Source: a virus | IMG/VR virus record: IMGVR_UViG_3300005265_000001 | Location: 41,898-105,897 of that record | Reading direction: 5' to 3' (one strand) | DNA: 64,000 nt | Part shown: in pieces, positions 59,735-64,000 of the stretch | Position numbering within the stretch: the stretch's first letter is position 1 | Layout: each line of letters starts with the position of its first letter | Translations under genes and position numbers: made by a program | The notes under the pieces: model-generated | Databases searched by the model: none | What the model saw: only the letters and a program-made list of their open reading frames with translations | What the model was told of the DNA's origin: nothing

Positions 59735-59979
59735 GAAAATTTTTGTGTAAGGTGTTTGGGCATAAATGGAAATATTTTTTCAGTCTTTCTAATGGAATAA
59801 TGGAAAAAACTGAAATTAGAGTTTGTTCAAGGTGTGGGGCCGTTCAAAAATGGTCTCGAATCCCATTTATAGCGGGTGAAAGAACTTTGTGGCTTGCTAT
59901 GATTGAAAGAACTAAAAAAAATGCTAAACAGTATTGGGAAAATATTGAAAATAAAATCGAGGGGAATCAAAATGAATAA
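59731..59979 (+). CDS. Small Zn-binding phage protein (DUF1660-like)
   Basis: LCKVFGHKW...CSRCG. Confidence 0.6.
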   Translation: MRKFLCKVFGHKWKYFFSLSNGIMEKTEIRVCSRCGAVQKWSRIPFIAGERTLWLAMIERTKKNAKQYWENIENKIEGNQNE

Positions 59980-60217
59980 TGTTTGGGAAGTTTTAGAAAA
60001 AGTTGATGACGTTATTTGGGAACATGAAGAGGAATTTCTTAAACGCTTTGCACCAAAAGGTGCATTTGAATTACTTGGAACGGCGTTTACGTCCTCAAAA
60101 ATTTTAGAGTTTACTTCTTTTGTGGGGGATCATGTAAGTGTTATTTATGATTGCAAAGTTTCAGATTTAAAAAAATGGTTTAAAGAACTTGGGGTGGAAG
60201 AAATAAAAGGTTTTTAA
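59903..60217 (+). CDS. Hypothetical protein (start probably the ATG near 59972)
   Basis: AGGGG SD before MNNVWEV. Confidence 0.55.
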   Translation: MKELKKMLNSIGKILKIKSRGIKMNNVWEVLEKVDDVIWEHEEEFLKRFAPKGAFELLGTAFTSSKILEFTSFVGDHVSVIYDCKVSDLKKWFKELGVEEIKGF

Positions 60218-60223
60218 TTCAAA

Positions 60224-60511
60224 ATGAATAAGATTATGTATTTTGATACAATAGAGTGTTGTAATTTTAAATTAGTTTTTACTCCCCCATTGGGGGTTAA
60301 AGTATCGGATTTGAAAGGTTGGGTTTTGGGGGAAAATGATTTATACAAGATTATTTCGGTTGGCAGAAATGAAAAAGAAATGATTGATTTGTTTAGTGAA
60401 GTTTTTTGTGATTTGTATGTTTTTTTTAAAAAACACGTGAACATGAAAACTAACAAATATGTTAGTTTAGTGCGAAAAAATTTAGAAGGAATAGAAAAAA
60501 TTGGAAAATAA
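60224..60511 (+). CDS. Hypothetical protein
   Basis: Fits the gene tiling. Confidence 0.5.
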   Translation: MNKIMYFDTIECCNFKLVFTPPLGVKVSDLKGWVLGENDLYKIISVGRNEKEMIDLFSEVFCDLYVFFKKHVNMKTNKYVSLVRKNLEGIEKIGK

Positions 60512-60513
60512 GG

Positions 60514-60542
60514 TTTATTTTTTGTATTTTATGTGATATACT
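60514..60542 (+). promoter_or_regulatory. Possible extended -10 sigma70 promoter
   Basis: TTTATT-17 bp-TATACT with TGn immediately upstream of the -10. Confidence 0.45.
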
Positions 60543-60557
60543 TCAAAAAGTAAGGGG

Positions 60558-60881
60558 GTGATTTTAGTGAAAGTGGATGAAATGACATATTATATGCCCG
60601 ATTTTGAGAAAAATATGTATTTTACCAAAGTGGATGATGATGAATACAATATTTTTCTCAGAGAAAACGATGAGAAATTAGCAGTTGCAAGAAAGGTTGA
60701 TGGTCAATTTAAGGTGTTTTTTATTAAACGTGGGTTAATTAGACAAGAATTAGTCAATGGTTTGGCCGAAGTATTGGAATTTTTTAACAGGTTTAATGTT
60801 AATGAAACCGAAAAATCAGAAGAACCTGTTAAAATTGAAAGAGTAGAAGATTTGGAAGAACTTAAAAAAATACTACCATAA
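60558..60881 (+). CDS. Hypothetical protein
   Basis: AGGGGG SD region; 107-aa ORF. Confidence 0.55.
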   Translation: MILVKVDEMTYYMPDFEKNMYFTKVDDDEYNIFLRENDEKLAVARKVDGQFKVFFIKRGLIRQELVNGLAEVLEFFNRFNVNETEKSEEPVKIERVEDLEELKKILP

Positions 60882-60895
60882 AGGGGGAAATTGAA

Positions 60896-61168
60896 ATGAA
60901 TAAGTTGTTGCAGTTGAAAATTGAGGATAAGAATACGGATTTGTTTGTAGAGGTTGACGAAAATAATAATATTGTGAAAGAAGGTAAAATTGACGATTGG
61001 ATTGTAAGTAAATCAGTTCATAAAGGTGTCAATGTAGCAATTATTGAATTGAGTGATTGTTTTTGGTTGATTACTCTTAATCCAATTACTTTTGTGGATA
61101 AAATAGATAAAAAAGTTCTTCACAAAAAATCAGATGTAATTGGTCAATTTGAACTTAAATTTAAATAG
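60896..61168 (+). CDS. Hypothetical protein
   Basis: AAGGGGG SD. Confidence 0.55.
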   Translation: MNKLLQLKIEDKNTDLFVEVDENNNIVKEGKIDDWIVSKSVHKGVNVAIIELSDCFWLITLNPITFVDKIDKKVLHKKSDVIGQFELKFK

Positions 61169-61199
61169 GGGGTGGTGTGTATAGGATAGGAAAAAGCTG

Positions 61200-61210
61200 T
61201 TTATATTATT
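61200..61210 (+). promoter_or_regulatory. Putative late promoter motif TTTATATTATT
   Basis: Exact motif upstream of 61248. Confidence 0.55.
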
Positions 61211-61247
61211 TTTACGTTAGTAAATATAAATCTTTTGGGGGGATAAT

Positions 61248-62276
61248 ATGAAAAGATTAATGTTTATTGTTTTATCTGTTTTTTTGGTTTGGGGATTGAC
61301 ATTTAATTTGGGGTATTCTTGTGGGATTCCTGGGGCAAAATGTCAACAATCTCAAGGTCAAAGTCAGGGTCAACACCAACAACAAGGTCAAACAACTACT
61401 GTAACAGTAGATAATACAAATACAAATTCGTCAAGTTCATCTTCGAGTTCAAAGTCTGATTCTCGATCATCATCTTCGTCAAAGTCATTATCGGAAATAA
61501 GTGGGTCAGGCAATTCGAGTTCGGCGGCATCGGCGCAAGGTGGCATTGCGTATGGGGGAAGTTCATCATCTTCAAGTTCCGCAAGTGTTACACATTCAGG
61601 CAATTCAAGCATTAGCGGTTCAGGAAATTCATCTCTTTATTACTATCAAGAAGATAAAAGAGAACATATTCGTGGGCCTGAATTGTTAAATTCTAATCCA
61701 CAAGTTTTACACGGAAAACCCTTAAAAATTAAAACATACGGATTAGATGATTTTCTTGCTAATGTTGAGTTTTTAACAAAAGAAGAGGCTGAAAAATTGG
61801 CTGATAAGGCCGATGATTATACGGTCAAAGATGCGGTTTTTTTGGATGGAGAACAAGAAAGTGACGTTATTAAGATAACAAATGAAGGTCATGGTAAATA
61901 TATGGGATTAGTTTATGTTTATCCCGATGGAAATGACTGTAATATTGTGTCAATGTTTGGTGTGGCGGCATATAAAGCATGTAAACTTGGAGCCACGGAA
62001 ATAAAATTGGTGAAAGTTGACTCACAAGAAGTAGATACAGGAAAAGCAATTAATATTGGGATTGGTGGCGGTGCTTCATTTTTATCTCATGGGGATAAGA
62101 CAGCAATAGCACCTAATGGGGGAACTGGATGGGGCAAAGCCTCTTCAAGTTCGGAAGAGTTGCCAGCAATTGTTGTGGCGTTATATACTTCAGGAACAAA
62201 GGTAACATATAATTATAGTAAAATTTCAAATGATGTTGTTAGCAAAGTTGTAACAACTGATAGCGAAATTAGGTAA
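61248..62276 (+). CDS. Exported protein with Q- and Ser-rich linker and globular C-terminal domain
   Basis: Signal peptide MKRLMFIVLSVFLVWGLTF; QGQSQGQ and poly-Ser tracts. Confidence 0.65.
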   Translation: MKRLMFIVLSVFLVWGLTFNLGYSCGIPGAKCQQSQGQSQGQHQQQGQTTTVTVDNTNTNSSSSSSSSKSDSRSSSSSKSLSEISGSGNSSSAASAQGGIAYGGSSSSSSSASVTHSGNSSISGSGNSSLYYYQEDKREHIRGPELLNSNPQVLHGKPLKIKTYGLDDFLANVEFLTKEEAEKLADKADDYTVKDAVFLDGEQESDVIKITNEGHGKYMGLVYVYPDGNDCNIVSMFGVAAYKACKLGATEIKLVKVDSQEVDTGKAINIGIGGGASFLSHGDKTAIAPNGGTGWGKASSSSEELPAIVVALYTSGTKVTYNYSKISNDVVSKVVTTDSEIR

Positions 62277-62286
62277 AATTAAATAG

Positions 62287-62325
62287 AGAAGAGTGGCAAC
62301 TATTACGGTTGCCACCTTCTTTTTA
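62287..62325. terminator. Intrinsic terminator between convergent genes
   Basis: GTGGCAAC-TATTACG-GTTGCCAC followed by CTTCTTTTT. Confidence 0.75.
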
Positions 62326-62544
62326 TTTATTTTTGGGTATTAGTATTTTTTTAAAATTTTTAACAGTTTCACGTTTTTGATATGCTTCGGATATGCTATC
62401 TTTTACAAAGGTGAAACATGCTTTATCGGCGGTTTTAATGAATAAATTTTTCTTTGCAAAACAAAATTCCTCTATTTTTTCTATCGTGATTTTTTGTCCA
62501 TTTTTGAAATACAGTTTTAATTCATATAGAATTTCAGGTTTCAT
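62323..62544 (-). CDS. Hypothetical protein (the only credible minus-strand gene)
   Basis: AAGGGG SD on the minus strand; fills the gap and ends at the terminator. Confidence 0.55.
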   Translation of the reverse strand: MKPEILYELKLYFKNGQKITIEKIEEFCFAKKNLFIKTADKACFTFVKDSISEAYQKRETVKNFKKILIPKNK

Positions 62545-62622
62545 TTCAAATCCCCTTATTGGTATTTTTTATAATAATATAAATAGTTTGGGGTGTTTAT
62601 AAAATAAATTGGGAGTGATAAA

Positions 62623-64000
62623 ATGACATTGGAAGAGTATTACAAAAATAATCAAATTGGAATAGATGTGGTTCGACGAAAATATTTAATGAAATCGGAA
62701 AATCACATTGAGGAAAGTTTTTGGAGGGTTATCAATCCTCTATTGGAATTTGAAAAGGATAAATCCATAGGGGATTATTGGTTTGAGACTTTAATGGATG
62801 GAAAGTGGCGAATGGGTGGGTCCATTTGGGCAACAGTTGGGAACACCGAATTTCCCAAACAATCCACGGCAAATTGCACCACAAACATTATAAAAGAAGA
62901 TAGTTTAGAGGGTATTTTTAAAAGTGCCTATGAAGTGGCTAAATGTGCCGCATATAGGCAAGGTGTTGGAATACGTTTTTCTGAATTACGGCCAACGGGC
63001 GAAAAAATTAATAATTCTGCCAGAGTATCAAGTGGGGCAATTCATTGGATGAAATTTATTTCAAATGAGGTGGATTTTGTTGGTCAATCCGGGAGAAAAC
63101 CAGCTTTGTTATTTGATTTAGATGTTTGGTATCCAGATATTTACGATTTTGTTAAAATGAAAGATGATATTGATGTTATGCAAAATGTCAATATTTCAGT
63201 GATTATGAATAATGATTTTTTAGAAAAAGTTAAGAATGACGAATTTTGGGATTTGGTCTGGAACGGTAAGGTTTATAATACTGTAAAAGCGAGACATTTA
63301 TTTGATTTTATAGCGGAACATGCTTGGAAAACGGGGGAGCCTGGAATACAGTTGATTGATGTCATGAATGACTATTCTATGCAAAAATATGTTGGATATC
63401 CAATTGTTTGTTCAAATGCACCCGTTATTGGATCGTCTTTTGTTTTTACAAAAGAAGGAATATTTTCAATTGAAGATTTGTATGAATCTCAAAAAGAACA
63501 TGATATTTTGGTGGATTCAAGGCATTTTGAAAAAGATTTAATGGAATTGATGGAAAAAGATAGGGTAAAGGGTAGATATGGAAATGTCTTTTTTACAAAA
63601 GGAATATTTAAAAAATATGAAAATCAGGATGAATATGAAGTAAGTTTATCAAATGGAAGAAAAGTTTATTGTAATGATGAGCATAGATGGCTTACAACAA
63701 AAGGATATAAAAGAACAATTGATTTAGAAGTTGGAGATAAGATATTATTACCTTCGGATGGTATTTGGACTGAAAAATTAACGGAAAGTGAAATAAATTC
63801 AAGTGATTACAAAGATGGAGTGTTACTTGGATGGTTTGTGGGAGATGGTTTTTTTTATAAAATGTCAAATACAGGAAGATTAAATGAAGATAAAAACAAT
63901 CCAAATAAATGGGAAAGTTTTGATGATAGATATGGTGTGTCTATAATTTGGAAAGATGGTGAAGAAAAGGCACCCGAATTATTTAAGAAAAAATATCATG
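62623..64000 (+). CDS. nrdJ: Ribonucleotide reductase large subunit, probably class II, intein-containing (partial; missing from the ORF track)
   Basis: My translation is open from ATG 62623 to the window end: TANC, DSLEGIF, QGVGIRFSELRP.G..I..SARVSSGA..WM, GQSGRKPAL, NVNISV, AWKTGEPG, CSNA; no ATP cone. Confidence 0.8.
   Translation, partial: MTLEEYYKNNQIGIDVVRRKYLMKSENHIEESFWRVINPLLEFEKDKSIGDYWFETLMDGKWRMGGSIWATVGNTEFPKQSTANCTTNIIKEDSLEGIFKSAYEVAKCAAYRQGVGIRFSELRPTGEKINNSARVSSGAIHWMKFISNEVDFVGQSGRKPALLFDLDVWYPDIYDFVKMKDDIDVMQNVNISVIMNNDFLEKVKNDEFWDLVWNGKVYNTVKARHLFDFIAEHAWKTGEPGIQLIDVMNDYSMQKYVGYPIVCSNAPVIGSSFVFTKEGIFSIEDLYESQKEHDILVDSRHFEKDLMELMEKDRVKGRYGNVFFTKGIFKKYENQDEYEVSLSNGRKVYCNDEHRWLTTKGYKRTIDLEVGDKILLPSDGIWTEKLTESEINSSDYKDGVLLGWFVGDGFFYKMSNTGRLNEDKNNPNKWESFDDRYGVSIIWKDGEEKAPELFKKKYH
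63421..64000 (+). mobile_element. Intein (Pro1, class-3-like) with LAGLIDADG homing endonuclease, partial
   Basis: Block A PVIGSSFVFTKEG, block B VYCNDEHRWLT, DLEVGDKI, block C LLGWFVGDG; inserted before the catalytic Cys of N(A/P)C.E. Confidence 0.85.

Noticed and set aside
3311-61210. Archaeal TATA box (TTTATA) implying an archaeal host
   Set aside because: The peptidoglycan amidase, DnaA boxes and sigma70 promoter indicate a bacterial host.
203-63904. Short minus-strand and nested ORFs in the track (e.g. 21622-21918, 43523-43840, 47300-47719, 52868-53224, 63692-63904)
   Set aside because: They are shadows of longer, motif-supported + strand genes and lack SD sites; only 62323-62544 was kept.
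1-64000. tRNA/rRNA genes, integrase or transposase, stop-codon recoding
   Set aside because: None recognised by eye. Genes tile densely in the standard code using all three stops. A tRNAscan/Infernal run was not possible.

Overview
This window is part of a large, AT-rich lytic myovirus (contractile-tailed phage) with a bacterial host, judged from an amidase endolysin, lipoprotein signal peptides, a sigma70 promoter and DnaA boxes. Almost all genes are on the + strand. Bases 1-57036 form a virion/late module: sheath, tube, chaperones, tape measure and a full baseplate, plus an unusually elaborate accessory set. That set includes at least 7 Kelch-propeller proteins (5 with a shared adaptor domain) and four long proteins built from a shared ~21-aa repeat (three fused to baseplate wedge domains). 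It also includes three paralogues of a small fibre-subunit domain, a His-repeat fibre, and an operon of two radical SAM/SPASM enzymes followed by two peptides whose cores are in strict 4-residue register. At 57.0-57.6 kb lies an oriC-like intergenic region (DnaA boxes bracketed by inverted IHF-like sites), then a sigma70 promoter and early/middle genes. These include an RNA ligase and a ribonucleotide reductase that carries a Pro-initiated, class-3-like intein and runs off the window end. The best candidates for an undescribed system are the rSAM/tetrad-repeat peptide operon inside the virion module and the repeat-scaffold plus subunit ('beads-on-a-string') fibre system anchored on baseplate wedge proteins. 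All assignments come from reading motifs by eye; no database searches were run.
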